Assembly: GCA_965261005.1 (NCBI GenBank)
Contig: OZ253376.1
Span: forward strand, 96,001-160,000
Direction of reading: 5' to 3'
DNA from: Deinococcus sp.
Lineage (GTDB): Bacteria; Deinococcota; Deinococci; Deinococcales; Deinococcaceae
Length of the DNA stretch: 64,000 nt
Shown: one piece after another, positions 40,246-51,079 of the stretch
Layout of the letters: the number at the start of each line of letters is the position of its first letter
Position numbering within the stretch: position 1 is the stretch's first letter
Position numbers and translations under genes: made by a program
The notes under the pieces: generated by a model
The model's database searches: none
The model's input: the letters and a program-made list of their open reading frames with translations, nothing else
What the model was told of the DNA's origin: nothing

Positions 40246-41198
40246 CGCGCTTCGCGGTGGACCGCGCCCTGAACGTGCCCGTCGGCGTGCAGCTGCGCGG
40301 GCAGATCGAGTACGGCATCGCCTGCGGCGAGATTGCGCGCGGCGCGCGTCTCCCCAGCGTGCGTGAGCTGTCGCTGGAAGCCGCCGTCGCCCACGCCACG
40401 GTCGCGCAGGTCTACAAGGAGCTGCGGGAGCGCGGCCTGATCGTGGCCCGGCCGGGACAGGGCACCTTTGTCGCGGACGGCCACGGGGAGCGCGATCCGG
40501 GACCGTTGCGGGCGATGCTGGGCGAGGTGCTGGCCCGCGCCGCGCGGGACGGGGTTTCGCCCGAGCAGGTGCTGGACTTGCTGGGCGTGCTGGTCGCGCG
40601 CGGCAAGGCGGGGACCAGAAGAGGATGTTGCGCCGTGTTCGTGGGCGTCTTCGAGGACGCGACCCGCGCCTACGCGCACGATTTGCGCGCCCTGCTCGCC
40701 CCGCAGGACGAGGTGCGGCCCGTCACGCTGGACCAAGTGCGCGCAGGGAAAGGCCACGCGCTGCGGGGGGCGGACCTGGTGCTGGCGCCCGCCAACCGCG
40801 CCGCCGAGGTCCGCGCCCTGTTACCGGGTCTGGCCGTGCTGCCAATCGGGCTGGTTCCGGCGCCGGCTACCCGCGAGGCCCTGGCCGCCCTCGATTCCCG
40901 CGTTCGGCTGGCCGTCGTGGCGACCTTCGACGACTTCTTGCCCACCTTTGTGGCCGGCGTGAAGCGCTTCGCCCCGCAGGTGCCAGGGTTACGCGCGACC
41001 CATCTGAGCGCAGACGATTTGCGGGGGGTGCTGGCCTGGGGCGACGTGACCGTGTACGCCAGCGGCGCGCAGGACGTGCTGGCGCTGCTATCTCCCGGCA
41101 AGAATACCTTCGAGTACCGTCACACCGTCGACCCGGCCGACGTCGAGCGGCTCATTCTGCCCGCCATCCAAGCAAGGAGAGCTTATGACCCCCGTTGA
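40242..41198 (+). CDS. GntR-family regulator with an atypical C-terminal domain
   Basis: LPSVRELS....V...TV..VY.EL...GLI....GQGTFV. Confidence 0.88.
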
Positions 41199-41892
41199 CC
41201 GAATGAACTGGATGCAAATCGAGCAGTACCTCCAGGGCGACGACCGCTGCGTGCTGCCGCTGGGCAGCACCGAGCAGCACGCCTACCTGAGCCTGTGCGT
41301 GGACAACATCCTGCCGGAAAAGCTGGCCCGCGAGGCCGCAGGGCCGCTGAACGTGCCGGTCTTTCCGGTCTTGCCCTACGGCCTCACGCCCTACTTTCGC
41401 GGCTACCCCGGCAGCGTGACCCTGCGGGTGGGGACGTATCTGGCGGTGCTGCGCGACCTCTTAGACAGCCTCTTCGAGCAGGGCTTCCGGCGCGTCCTGA
41501 TTGTGAACGGCCACGGCGGCAACACGCCCGTGCAGGGCCTGGTGGGCGAGTGGGCGGCCGACCATCCCGGCGCGCGGGTGAAGTTCCACAATTGGTGGAA
41601 CGCCCCGCAGGTGTGGGCGCGCGTGCAGGCCACCGACGCCAACGCCTCGCACGCCTCGTGGATGGAGAACTTTCCCTGGACCCGGCTGGAGGGCGTTGAG
41701 GTGCCGGCTGAAGAAAAGGCGGCCCTCGACCTCGACCATTTGCGGCTGCTCGGCCCGCAGGAATTGCGCGCCTACCTCGGCGACGGCAACTACGGCGGCA
41801 AGTACGGGCGCCCCGACGGGGACATGCACGCCATCTGGCAGGTCGCCGTGGACGAGACCCGCGCGCTGCTGGAAGGCGGCTGGGCGCAGTGA
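41185..41892 (+). CDS. Creatininase family amidohydrolase
   Basis: LPLGSTEQH, VNGHGGN, HA...E. Confidence 0.9.
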   Translation: MTPVDRMNWMQIEQYLQGDDRCVLPLGSTEQHAYLSLCVDNILPEKLAREAAGPLNVPVFPVLPYGLTPYFRGYPGSVTLRVGTYLAVLRDLLDSLFEQGFRRVLIVNGHGGNTPVQGLVGEWAADHPGARVKFHNWWNAPQVWARVQATDANASHASWMENFPWTRLEGVEVPAEEKAALDLDHLRLLGPQELRAYLGDGNYGGKYGRPDGDMHAIWQVAVDETRALLEGGWAQ

Positions 41893-42932
41893 CGCGCCTG
41901 CTGATCTGGGGCGCCGGCGCCATCGGCGGCACCCTCGGCGCGTACCTGGCGCGGGCAGGGCATGACGTGACCGTGGTGGACCGCGACGCGGACCATGTCG
42001 GGGCGGTAAGGAATGGAGGATTGCGGCTGGAGGGACCCATCGAGGAATTCACGGCGCGACCTGAAGCCTTTATCCCCGAAGGGTTGCGCGGTCAGTGGGA
42101 CACCATCTTCCTCTGCACCAAGGCGCAGGACACCCGGGAGGCCGCCCACGCCCTCGCCCCACATCTGGGCGAGAACGGCACCGTCGTCTCGGTGCAGAAC
42201 GGCCTCAACCCCCTCATCCTGAACGAGGTTCTCGGCGCGGATCGAGTCGTGGGCAGCTTCGTGAACTTCGGCGCGGACTACCTGGGGCCGGGCCTGGTCC
42301 ACTACGGCGGGCGCGGGGCGGTTGTGGTGGGGGAGCAGGATGGGCAGCTCACCCCGCGCGCACGGGGGCTGCACGCGCTGCTGCGCGACTTCGAGCCGGA
42401 CGCCGTGCTGAGCGCCAACATCTTCGGCTACCTGTGGAGCAAGCTGGCCTACGGCGCGCTGCTGTTCGCCACCGCTCTGACCAACGACGGCATCGCGGAC
42501 GCCCTGGCCCGCCCGGGGGACGCGCTCCTCTACGCCGCGCTGGCGCGCGAGGTGCTGCGGGTGGCGGACGCGCACGGCGTCGTGCCTGAACCGTTCAACG
42601 GCTTCGACCCGGCCGCCTTCGTGCCGGGGGCGCCGGAGGTGGCGGCGGGTCAGTCCCTGCGCGAGATGGTCGCGCACAACCGCAAGAGCGCCAAAACCCA
42701 CAGCGGCATCTGGCGCGATCTGGCCGTGAGAAAGCGCCGCACCGAGGTGGACGCCCAGCTGGGCTGGGCCGTGCACTTCGGGCGGGTCCACGGCGTCCCC
42801 ACCCCCATCACGGCGCGCTTGGTGGGGCTGATTCACGACTTGGAAGAGGGGCGCCGGCCGCTTTCCCGCGACAACCTGGGCGAGCTGCACGCCGCCATGC
42901 CACAAACCAGGGCGGGGGGGGCGACGGTTTGA
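41889..42932 (+). CDS. Ketopantoate reductase family protein
   Basis: GAGAIG, TKA, QNG, WSKL, TEVD. Confidence 0.88.
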   Translation: MTRLLIWGAGAIGGTLGAYLARAGHDVTVVDRDADHVGAVRNGGLRLEGPIEEFTARPEAFIPEGLRGQWDTIFLCTKAQDTREAAHALAPHLGENGTVVSVQNGLNPLILNEVLGADRVVGSFVNFGADYLGPGLVHYGGRGAVVVGEQDGQLTPRARGLHALLRDFEPDAVLSANIFGYLWSKLAYGALLFATALTNDGIADALARPGDALLYAALAREVLRVADAHGVVPEPFNGFDPAAFVPGAPEVAAGQSLREMVAHNRKSAKTHSGIWRDLAVRKRRTEVDAQLGWAVHFGRVHGVPTPITARLVGLIHDLEEGRRPLSRDNLGELHAAMPQTRAGGATV

Positions 42933-43690
42933 ACGTCACCTTTGACGGTCAAACGGTCCTGGTCAGCGGGGCCGCGCACGGCTTCGGCCGCGCCATCGCC
43001 CTCGCCTTTGCGGCGCGCGGGGCGCGGGTGTTCGCCTGTGACGTGCTGGAAGGGGGGTTGGCGGAAACGGCGGGGCTGGCGGACGGGGCGCCGCTGGAGA
43101 CGCAGCTGGTGGACGTGACCGACCCCGACGCCGTGCGGGTCTGGGTGGATGGGGCGGTGAACGTGACCGGGCGGGTGGACGTGCTGGTGAACAACGCGGG
43201 CGGCGTGCTGGGCCAGGTGGGGCGGCCCGTCGAGCAGATCACGCCCGCCGAGTGGCGCGCGATCTTCGCGGTGAACGTGGACGGCGCCTTTTACTGTTCC
43301 CAGGTCGCCGCACCGCACATGAAGCGTGCCGGGCGCGGGCGGATCGTGAACATCTCCAGCGGTGCGGGCCTCGGCGTCAGCCTGACCGGCATCCAAGCCT
43401 ACGCCAGCGCCAAGGCCGCCCAAATCGGTTTGACCCGGCAGCTCGCGCACGAACTCGGCGCATGGAGCGTCACCGTCAACAACGTCGCGCCGGGCTTCGT
43501 GCGCTCGAACCCCACCACCGAGCGGCAGTGGGAGGGGTACGGCGAGGCGGGGCAACGGCGCCTGCTGGACGGCATCGCCCTGAAGCGGCTGGGCACCACG
43601 GAGGACATCGCGCACGCGGTTTTGTTCTTCGCGTCCGACTTTGCCGGTTGGATCACGGGGCAGGTCCTCAGCGTGGACGGCGGCAAGTGA
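42929..43690 (+). CDS. SDR oxidoreductase
   Basis: SGAAHGFG, NNAGG, YASAK. Confidence 0.92.
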   Translation: MNVTFDGQTVLVSGAAHGFGRAIALAFAARGARVFACDVLEGGLAETAGLADGAPLETQLVDVTDPDAVRVWVDGAVNVTGRVDVLVNNAGGVLGQVGRPVEQITPAEWRAIFAVNVDGAFYCSQVAAPHMKRAGRGRIVNISSGAGLGVSLTGIQAYASAKAAQIGLTRQLAHELGAWSVTVNNVAPGFVRSNPTTERQWEGYGEAGQRRLLDGIALKRLGTTEDIAHAVLFFASDFAGWITGQVLSVDGGK

Positions 43691-45069
43691 GCGAGCTGTC
43701 AGACGTCGGGGCCGTGCTGGACGCGCGCAAAGAGGCGTCCCTGGCCGATTTGGTCGCCCTCGCGTCCATTCCCAGCGTCAGCGCCCAAGCACTTTACAAA
43801 AACGATATGGCGCGCGCCGCGAGCTGGCTGGCCGACCGGCTGCGAAGCTGCGGGCCGCTCACCGTCGAGCGGTGGCCCACCGCCGGCCACCCCGCCGTGT
43901 ACGCCGAGTGGCTGGGCGCCCCCGGCAAGCCGACGGTCCTGGTCTACGGCCACTACGACGTGCAGCCGCCCGAGCCGCTGGAAAAGTGGCACAGCCCGCC
44001 CTTCACGCCGACCGTGCGGGACGGCCGCATCTACGGGCGCGGCGTGAGCGACGACAAGGGGCCGCTGCTGATCCCGGTGCAGGTGGCCGGCGCCTTTTTC
44101 GCGGCGCGCGGCGCCCTGCCCCTCAACGTCAAGTTCCTGTTCGAGGGCGAGGAGGAGGTCGGCAGCGCCCATCTGCCCGCCCTGGTTGAAGAAAAGGCGG
44201 GGCGCTTGGCGTGCGACCTCGTCCTCAGCGCCGACGGCGGCATGTGGAGCGCCGACGTGCCCTCGCTGACCGTCAGTGCGCGCGGCCTCGCCGCCCTGGA
44301 GTTCGTGGTGCGCGGCCCCGCCAAGGATGTGCACTCCGGGCGGCACGGCGGGGCGCTGCACAACCCGCTGCACGCCCTGGCGGCCCTGGTCGCGGGTCTG
44401 CACGACGGGGACGGCCGCGTGGCGGTGGCGGGCTTCTACGACGGCGCGCTGGACCTGACCCTGGAAGAGCGCGCAGGGCTGGCCCGCCTGCCCTGGGACG
44501 ACGGCGCATACCTGGAGCAAACCGGCGCCCCGGCCACCTACGGCGAACGCGGCTACGGCACGCTGGAACGCCAATGGCGCCGCCCCACCCTGGAGATCAA
44601 CGGGATGTGGGGCGGCTACACCGGCGAGGGCAGCAAGACGGTCCTGCCCTCGGAGGCGCGCGCCAAGCTCACCTGCCGCTTGGTGCCGGATCAGGACCCG
44701 GGGCGAATTGTCCGGTTGGTTTCCGCCCACCTGCGGGAACACCTGCCTCCCGGCGTCACGCTGGACATTCGGGAAGGCGACCACGGCGCCCGCGCCTACC
44801 AATTGCCAGAAGGGCATCCGGGGCGCCGGGCGGCCCGCACCGTGCTCAGGGAACTCTACGGCGCCGAACCGCTGGAGGTCGGCATGGGCGGCAGCATTCC
44901 CGTACTGGAGACGTTCTCTAATGTGCTGGGGGTGGACACGGTCTTCTTCTCCTTTGCGGTGGGCGACGAGGACATCCACGCCCCCAACGAATTCTTCCGC
45001 GTCCACAGGCTGTACGAGGGGCAGCGGGCCTGGGCGAGCCTGTGGGCGCGCTTGGCGGAGGGCGCGTGA
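43687..45069 (+). CDS. M20 family dipeptidase
   Basis: YGHYDVQP, GRGVSDDKG, EGEEEVGS, HAPNE. Confidence 0.93.
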   Translation: MSELSDVGAVLDARKEASLADLVALASIPSVSAQALYKNDMARAASWLADRLRSCGPLTVERWPTAGHPAVYAEWLGAPGKPTVLVYGHYDVQPPEPLEKWHSPPFTPTVRDGRIYGRGVSDDKGPLLIPVQVAGAFFAARGALPLNVKFLFEGEEEVGSAHLPALVEEKAGRLACDLVLSADGGMWSADVPSLTVSARGLAALEFVVRGPAKDVHSGRHGGALHNPLHALAALVAGLHDGDGRVAVAGFYDGALDLTLEERAGLARLPWDDGAYLEQTGAPATYGERGYGTLERQWRRPTLEINGMWGGYTGEGSKTVLPSEARAKLTCRLVPDQDPGRIVRLVSAHLREHLPPGVTLDIREGDHGARAYQLPEGHPGRRAARTVLRELYGAEPLEVGMGGSIPVLETFSNVLGVDTVFFSFAVGDEDIHAPNEFFRVHRLYEGQRAWASLWARLAEGA

Positions 45070-45683
45070 CCGTTCTGGCCGAGTTCCGCACTCTGCTGGA
45101 CGCGGGCGACCTCACCTGCACGGTCAGCGACGCCCTGGGGCGCGAGGGAGCGCTGGGGGCGGACTTCCGCCCGGTCTGGCCGGGGGCGCGCTTTGTCGGG
45201 GAGGCGGTGACGGTTCGCACCTTCGGCACGGACCTCAGCGCGGTCTTTGAGGCGCTGGAGCTGGCCCCGCCCGGGGCAGCGCTGGTAATTGACAGCCACG
45301 GCGTCCGCCACACCGCTTACTGGGGCGAGCGCACCACCCTGACCGCCCTGGCGCGCGGCCTCGCGGGCAGCGTGATTGACGGGGCCTGCCGCGACGTGAA
45401 CGCCGTGACGCGCCTGGGGTACCCGGTCTTCAGCACCGGCGTCACCCCCAACGCGGGTTTGCCGGGCGGGCGGGGCCGCGTGAACGTGCCGGTTCAGGTC
45501 GGCGGGGTGCCGGTGTCGCCGGGGGACCTGGTGATCGGCGACGAGAACGGGGTGGTGATCGTGCCGCGTGATCGGGCGGCGGCGACCCTCGCCCGCGTGC
45601 GCGAGTTGCTGGCGGCGGAGGAAGCGGCGCTCACCCAGGCCGCGACGGGCGCGGCCACACCACCCAAAGGAGAACCTTTGTGA
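45066..45683 (+). CDS. RraA/HMG aldolase family protein
   Basis: VSDAL, WGE, IDGACRD, PGDLVIGDENGV. Confidence 0.9.
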   Translation: MTVLAEFRTLLDAGDLTCTVSDALGREGALGADFRPVWPGARFVGEAVTVRTFGTDLSAVFEALELAPPGAALVIDSHGVRHTAYWGERTTLTALARGLAGSVIDGACRDVNAVTRLGYPVFSTGVTPNAGLPGGRGRVNVPVQVGGVPVSPGDLVIGDENGVVIVPRDRAAATLARVRELLAAEEAALTQAATGAATPPKGEPL

Positions 45684-47212
45684 CCGAGTTTCAGACCTTG
45701 TCGGCCGAGCTGAACGACCTGCTGTGCGTGCTGAACCTGCTGACCTGGGACGCGCGCACCCAGATGCCCCCCGGCGGCGGCAGCGCCCGCGCCCAGCAGC
45801 TCGCCACCGTCAGCGCCGTCGCGCGGGGACGCTTGCTGGACCCGGCCTTCGAGCGCGCCGCCGAGGAAGTGGCCGCGCAGGCGCCCCCGGACAGCTTGGA
45901 GAACCGCGCCGCCGCGCAGGCGCTGGAGGCCGTTCACGCCATGCGGCGCGTGCCGGCGCGCCTGACCCGCGATTTGGCCCTTCAGAAAAGCGAGGCGCAG
46001 GACGCCTGGGCGAGCGCGCGGGCGGCGAACGACTTCGCGCCCTTCGCGCCCTTTCTGGAGCGCATGGTCGCGCTGACCCGCGAACTCGCGGACGCCCTGG
46101 GCTATCAGGATCATCCCTACGACGCGCTGCTGGACCTCTACGAGCCTGGCCCGAGAAGCGCTGACCTGCTCGCGCTGTTTGCCCAGCTGCGCGCCCACCA
46201 CCTTCCTCTTTTAAACGCCATCAAAGAACGTCAAGAGCCGCGCACCGACTTTCTGGAGCGGCACTATCCCATTCCGCGGCAGCGCGCCTTTGCGCTGGAC
46301 GTCGCGCAAGCCTTCGGGTACGACCTCGCGCGCGGCCGGCTCGACGCCTCGCTGCACCCCTTCGAGATCAGCTTCACGCGCGGCGACGTGCGCATCACCA
46401 CCCGCTATCAAGAGCACTTCTTGCCCAGCGCGCTGTTCGGCACCCTGCACGAGACGGGGCACGCCCTTTACGAGCAGGGCGTGGCGCCGGAACTGAGCCG
46501 CTCGGTGCTGACCAGCGACCTGCTGGGCCTCTACGCCGTGGGCGGCGCCAGCTACGGCACCCACGAGAGCCAGTCGCGGCTGTGGGAAAACCGGGTCGGG
46601 CGCTCGCGCGCTTTCTGGGCGCTGCACTTTCCACGCCTCCAGGAAACCTTTCCCCAGCAGCTCGCGGACGTAAGCGCGGACGAGTTCTACCAGGCGGTCA
46701 ACCGGGTGCGCCCCTCCCCCATCCGGGTCGAGGCCGACGAGCTGACCTACGATCTGCACGTCATGCTGCGGGTGGACTTGGAAATGGCGCTGCTGGACGG
46801 GACCCTGGCCGCGCGCGACTTGCCGGAGGCTTGGAACGCGCGCATGCAGGAGAACCTGGGCCTCACGCCGCCGGACAACGCCCGCGGCGTCTTGCAGGAC
46901 ATCCACTGGGCGAGCGGCCTGTTCGGCTCGTTTCCCACCTACACGGTCGGCAACGTGATGGCCTCGCAGTTCTACGAGGCGGCGGGAAAGGCGCTGCCGG
47001 ACCTCGAAGGGCAGCTCGGGCGCGGCGAGTACGCCCCGCTGCGCGGCTGGCTGACCGATCAGGTGTACCAACACGGCCGCGCCTACACCCCGCACGAACT
47101 GCTGGTCCGGGCGACCGGGCGCGGCCTCGACCCCCAGCCGTACCTGAACTACCTGAGCGGCAAGTACGCCGCGCTCTACGGCCTGAGCGCCGCGCGGGAA
47201 AGCACCCAATAA
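45680..47212 (+). CDS. M32 carboxypeptidase (Taq-type)
   Basis: HPF, HETGH, HESQSRLWEN, IRVEADE, QDIHW. Confidence 0.95.
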   Translation: MTEFQTLSAELNDLLCVLNLLTWDARTQMPPGGGSARAQQLATVSAVARGRLLDPAFERAAEEVAAQAPPDSLENRAAAQALEAVHAMRRVPARLTRDLALQKSEAQDAWASARAANDFAPFAPFLERMVALTRELADALGYQDHPYDALLDLYEPGPRSADLLALFAQLRAHHLPLLNAIKERQEPRTDFLERHYPIPRQRAFALDVAQAFGYDLARGRLDASLHPFEISFTRGDVRITTRYQEHFLPSALFGTLHETGHALYEQGVAPELSRSVLTSDLLGLYAVGGASYGTHESQSRLWENRVGRSRAFWALHFPRLQETFPQQLADVSADEFYQAVNRVRPSPIRVEADELTYDLHVMLRVDLEMALLDGTLAARDLPEAWNARMQENLGLTPPDNARGVLQDIHWASGLFGSFPTYTVGNVMASQFYEAAGKALPDLEGQLGRGEYAPLRGWLTDQVYQHGRAYTPHELLVRATGRGLDPQPYLNYLSGKYAALYGLSAARESTQ

Positions 47213-47287
47213 ATTTGGGAAAGTGTGTCAGTCACGGCGCCGACAGGAACCTTTATAGCCCGGCGGGTTCGGTCCTGCTGACCCGCC

Positions 47288-48451
47288 CTAGCCGTCCGCC
47301 GGGGGCCTCGACAGCTTGCCGGCGATCACGGCGCGCTTGGCGCCGGTGGTGTGGGGCAGGGTGTTGGGCCAGCCCTGAAAGGCGCAGTACCCCAGCACGG
47401 CAAAGGCCGCCGCCTCGCGCGCGACCGAGTTCCAACCGCGCTCCTCGAAGGTCAGGACCGGCACGGGAAAAAGCGCTTCTCTCAGCTGGCCCATCAAGGT
47501 CGGGTTGTAGGCCCCGCCCCCGGCCACCACGATCTCGTCGAGACCCAGCGGCAGCACGAAGCGCCGGTAGGCGTCCACAACGCTCCTCGCGCTAAAGGCC
47601 GTCACCGTGGCGGCGATGTCCCCCGCGTCCAACTCAAACACGCCCGGCATCCGTTGCAAGTTCCAGCGCTCGCGCCCGGTGGACTTCGGGGGCGGCGCCG
47701 CCAGATAAGCGTCCCCAAGCCAACCGTCCACCAACGTGCCCGCGACGTGGCCGCCCGCGCCCATGCGGCCCCCCTCATCAAAACGCCGCCCGAACAGCCC
47801 CGCCGCCTCGTCGATCAGGCAGTTGGCCGGCCCGGTGTCAAAGGCGACGACGCCCTCCTCGCTCAGCCCCGGCAGGTAGGTCAGGTTGCTGATGCCGCCG
47901 AGGTTGTGCACGGCCCGGCGCACCCCCGCCTCGGCGTACATCAGCCGGTCCGCGAAGGGAACCAGCGGCGCGCCTTGGCCGCCCGCCGCGAGGTCGGCGG
48001 TTCGGAAGTCGGAGACGACCGGCTTGCCGGTGCGCAGCGCGATCACGGCCGCCTCGCCGATCTGAAAAGTCGAGCGGGTGTGCCAGCCGCGCGCCGCGTC
48101 CAACTCGGGAATGTGGTGCAGCGTTTGGCCGTGGCTGGCGATCAGGTCGGCGCCCTCCGACAGCTCCGCCGCCGCCTCTGCCAGCGCCTCACCCAACCAG
48201 AAGTTGAGCTGCGCGATCTCACCCGTCCTGGCCTCGTCGCGGCCGGCCGCAAGCAGGGCCGTTCTCAGGTCGTCGGGAAAGGGGGTGGAGCGGTGTTCCA
48301 AAACCCTCGCGCGGGGCGCGGGACCGCTCAGCCCGGGGGGGCGGCGCCCCTCTCCCAGCGCCGGCCAGCCAGGCAGCTCGATCAAGGCCGCATCAATGCC
48401 GTCCACGCTGGTCCCGCTCATCAGGCCCAGCACGCGCGGAGCGCGGCTCAC
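47288..48451 (-). CDS. anmK: Anhydro-N-acetylmuramic acid kinase
   Basis: [38 protein letters not shown]. Confidence 0.95.
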   Translation of the reverse strand: MSRAPRVLGLMSGTSVDGIDAALIELPGWPALGEGRRPPGLSGPAPRARVLEHRSTPFPDDLRTALLAAGRDEARTGEIAQLNFWLGEALAEAAAELSEGADLIASHGQTLHHIPELDAARGWHTRSTFQIGEAAVIALRTGKPVVSDFRTADLAAGGQGAPLVPFADRLMYAEAGVRRAVHNLGGISNLTYLPGLSEEGVVAFDTGPANCLIDEAAGLFGRRFDEGGRMGAGGHVAGTLVDGWLGDAYLAAPPPKSTGRERWNLQRMPGVFELDAGDIAATVTAFSARSVVDAYRRFVLPLGLDEIVVAGGGAYNPTLMGQLREALFPVPVLTFEERGWNSVAREAAAFAVLGYCAFQGWPNTLPHTTGAKRAVIAGKLSRPPADG

Positions 48452-48539
48452 CGCTCACCCTTGGACAGGTCGCCATTCAACACAACATCTCCTGACGCGA
48501 GCCTACCACCCGTGCCCCGCGGATCATGGGCGGGTCGCC

Positions 48540-49358
48540 TCACGCGGGTTGAAGACGCGCCAGCACGTCCAGATAGCGGACGGGGAACAGGCGCTGCACG
48601 AGGTCCAGAATGTGCGCGTCGCGTCCGATCAGAATGCGCCCCTCGCCGCGCTCCACCCCGTTCAGAATGCGGGCGGCGGCGTCCAGCGGCGACGTGACGA
48701 AGGTGCGCTCGAAGGCCGCCGTCTCCCGCGCGACCTCCTCGGGGGAGCGCTTGCTGAGGGACCCCACCCGGGCGCGGCGGGCGATGCCCGTCTTGATGCC
48801 GCCGGGATGCACCACGCTCAGGCCGACGCCCGTGCCCCGCAGTTCGGCGCGCAGGGCCTCCGAAAAGCCGCGCAGCGCGAACTTGCTGGCCGCGTAGCCC
48901 ATCTGCCCCGGCGGCGCGATCAAACCGAACACGCTCGACAAGTTGACGATGTGCGCCGCGCGCTCACGGCGCAGCAGCGGCAAAAAGCGGGCGCAGCCGT
49001 ACACCGCGCCCCAGAAGTTGACGCCCATGATCCATTCCAAGTCGGCCGTGCTGACCTCGTCGAAGGTGCCGCCCAGGGCCACGCCCGCGTTGTTGATCAG
49101 CAGGCTCGCGCGCCCGTGGGCCGCCTGCACCTCGCGGGCGAAGGCGGCCACGGCGGCCTCGACCGACACGTCCAGCGCGTGCGCCGTGATCCGGGTCCCG
49201 AAGGGACGCGCCAGCAAGGCGGTCTCGGCGACCGCGTCCGCGTTCACGTCGGCCAGCGCCAGGTCCGCCCCGCGCGCCGCGAGGTCGCGGGCGAGCGCCC
49301 GCCCGATGCCGGAACCCGCCCCGGTGACCACCGCAACGGTGTCAGACGAGAGGCGCAT
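48540..49358 (-). CDS. SDR oxidoreductase
   Basis: TGAGSGIG, NNAG, YAASK; alternative start at 49373. Confidence 0.92.
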   Translation of the reverse strand: MRLSSDTVAVVTGAGSGIGRALARDLAARGADLALADVNADAVAETALLARPFGTRITAHALDVSVEAAVAAFAREVQAAHGRASLLINNAGVALGGTFDEVSTADLEWIMGVNFWGAVYGCARFLPLLRRERAAHIVNLSSVFGLIAPPGQMGYAASKFALRGFSEALRAELRGTGVGLSVVHPGGIKTGIARRARVGSLSKRSPEEVARETAAFERTFVTSPLDAAARILNGVERGEGRILIGRDAHILDLVQRLFPVRYLDVLARLQPA

Positions 49359-49429
49359 GCCAGCCCTTTTCATGCCAGCCCTTTTGACATTCGTTCATCG
49401 AACCTCCTTCACGCTCAAACAAACTTAAG

Positions 49430-49580
49430 ATGAGTCGAAGACGAATCCGAGCGGGCAGGCCCGATAGGTGCCGTTCTGCCCAAGACGCGGAGCGAGTAGA
49501 AGAGAGTACGGGATGGCGACGATGGAAATCTATGTTGGCGCTTTTCCAGCATAGATTGGAATCAAAGCAATCCCGTATCA
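49430..49580 (-). repeat. Structured intergenic element resembling Deinococcus small non-coding repeats
   Basis: Nested inverted repeats TACGGGAT/ATCCCGTA (49507-14, 49570-77) around AATCTATGTTGG/CCAGCATAGATT; the minus strand begins TGATACGG. Confidence 0.5.
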
Positions 49581-51008
49581 GTCGGCGCCCTGAACCGCAG
49601 GGCCGACCGGCGTTTCCGGCGGAGCGGGGTGGCCCCGCCGCTCCCCAAGCTGCGCGCGGGCGCGGGCGTGGTTTTCGCGCGTCACCGGGTAGCGCCACGC
49701 GAAGTACAGCCCCAGCGCGAACACCGCCGCCGCCGCCGGCCTCATCATCAGCTCGATGCCGCGCACGGTGCCCGCGCTTTGCAAGGCGCTGCCCGCCTTG
49801 TAGCCCAAGGCCGAGGTGAGCATCGCGTTGGCGAAGACGCCGACCGACCCGGCGGCCTTGAGGCCCAGCAGCAGCAGGGCGTAGAAGAGGCCCTCCCGCC
49901 GCCGCCCGCTCCTCAGCTCGTCGAACTCGATTACGTCGGGCAGCATGGCCCACGGAAACAGCGAGACCGCGGACAAGCCCAGCCCGTTGAGCGCGAGCGT
50001 GAGGGCGAGCGTCAAGGACGGCGCGCCGCGCGGCACGGCGTAGACGTACAGCAGCAAACTTACGATCAAGAGGGCCAGGCCGGTTAGCACGCTCGCGCGC
50101 TTGCCGACGCGGCCCGAGACCCAGTTCCACAGCGGAAAGGTCAGGATCGCCACCACGAACAGCCCGCCCAGCAGCGGCGCCTGCAAGCTCCCCCCCAAGC
50201 GCAGCACCGACTCGATGAAAAAGGGCAGCAGCGAGTTGACGATCATAAAGGCCAGCGCCGTCGAGAGAAACAGGCCCAGCAGCGCCGGAAAGCCAAAGGT
50301 GCCGAGCACCTGGCGCACCGCCGGCCAGCTGAGGCGCTGCGACTCCGCGTTTCCCTCCGCTCGCCCCGGCTCCTTTAGCCCAAAGGCCGTCACGAAAAAG
50401 GCGGCCGTGACCAGCAGGGCCGACAGCGCGCCCACGGCCAGCCAGCCGCTCGCCGGGCTGGAGGCGAGGTCGCTCGCCCCCGTCACCCCCAGGACGATCA
50501 GGGGCGGCAGCGCCACGCCCGCGAGGGTCGCGAGCATCGAAAAGGCCAGGCGGTAGGCGTTCAGGCTGGTGCGCTCGTCGTAGTCGGGCGTCAGCTCCGG
50601 CCCGAGGGCGAGGTAGGGAATGCTCGCCAGCGAGTACAGGACCGAGAGCGAGATGAAGCCGAGGCAGGCCAGGGCGAAGCGCCCGCCGGAGGCATACGGC
50701 AGCAGCCACAGCAGCCCGAACAGCAACCCGGCGGGCAGCGCGAAGACCCGCGTGAACCACAGCCGGCCGAGGCGAGGCTTCACGCGGTCGGACAGGTTGC
50801 CGATCAAGGGGTCCACCACCGCGTCGAACAGCCGCCCCACCAAAAAGGCCAAACCCGCCAGCAGCGGGGGCAGCTTGGCCACGTTGATCAGGTAGTACAG
50901 CAGCCAGGTGTTGCCGACGACGCCCACCAGGTTGCCGCCGAAGTCGGCCACGCCGTACAGCACCTTGTCGCGCACGCTGAGCCGAGCTGATCTGAGCCGA
51001 GCTGACAT
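49578..51008 (-). CDS. GPH/MelB-family MFS sugar:cation symporter
   Basis: DAVVDPLIG..SDR, ELTPDYDERT, PDVIE.DE...G.RREG. Confidence 0.92.
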   Translation of the reverse strand: MSARLRSARLSVRDKVLYGVADFGGNLVGVVGNTWLLYYLINVAKLPPLLAGLAFLVGRLFDAVVDPLIGNLSDRVKPRLGRLWFTRVFALPAGLLFGLLWLLPYASGGRFALACLGFISLSVLYSLASIPYLALGPELTPDYDERTSLNAYRLAFSMLATLAGVALPPLIVLGVTGASDLASSPASGWLAVGALSALLVTAAFFVTAFGLKEPGRAEGNAESQRLSWPAVRQVLGTFGFPALLGLFLSTALAFMIVNSLLPFFIESVLRLGGSLQAPLLGGLFVVAILTFPLWNWVSGRVGKRASVLTGLALLIVSLLLYVYAVPRGAPSLTLALTLALNGLGLSAVSLFPWAMLPDVIEFDELRSGRRREGLFYALLLLGLKAAGSVGVFANAMLTSALGYKAGSALQSAGTVRGIELMMRPAAAAVFALGLYFAWRYPVTRENHARARAQLGERRGHPAPPETPVGPAVQGAD

Positions 51009-51079
51009 GCGACACCTCCCCTGAGAGAACGTTAATGATTTGGCAGCTGTACGCCCACCCTAAGCGCAGACTGCTTCAA

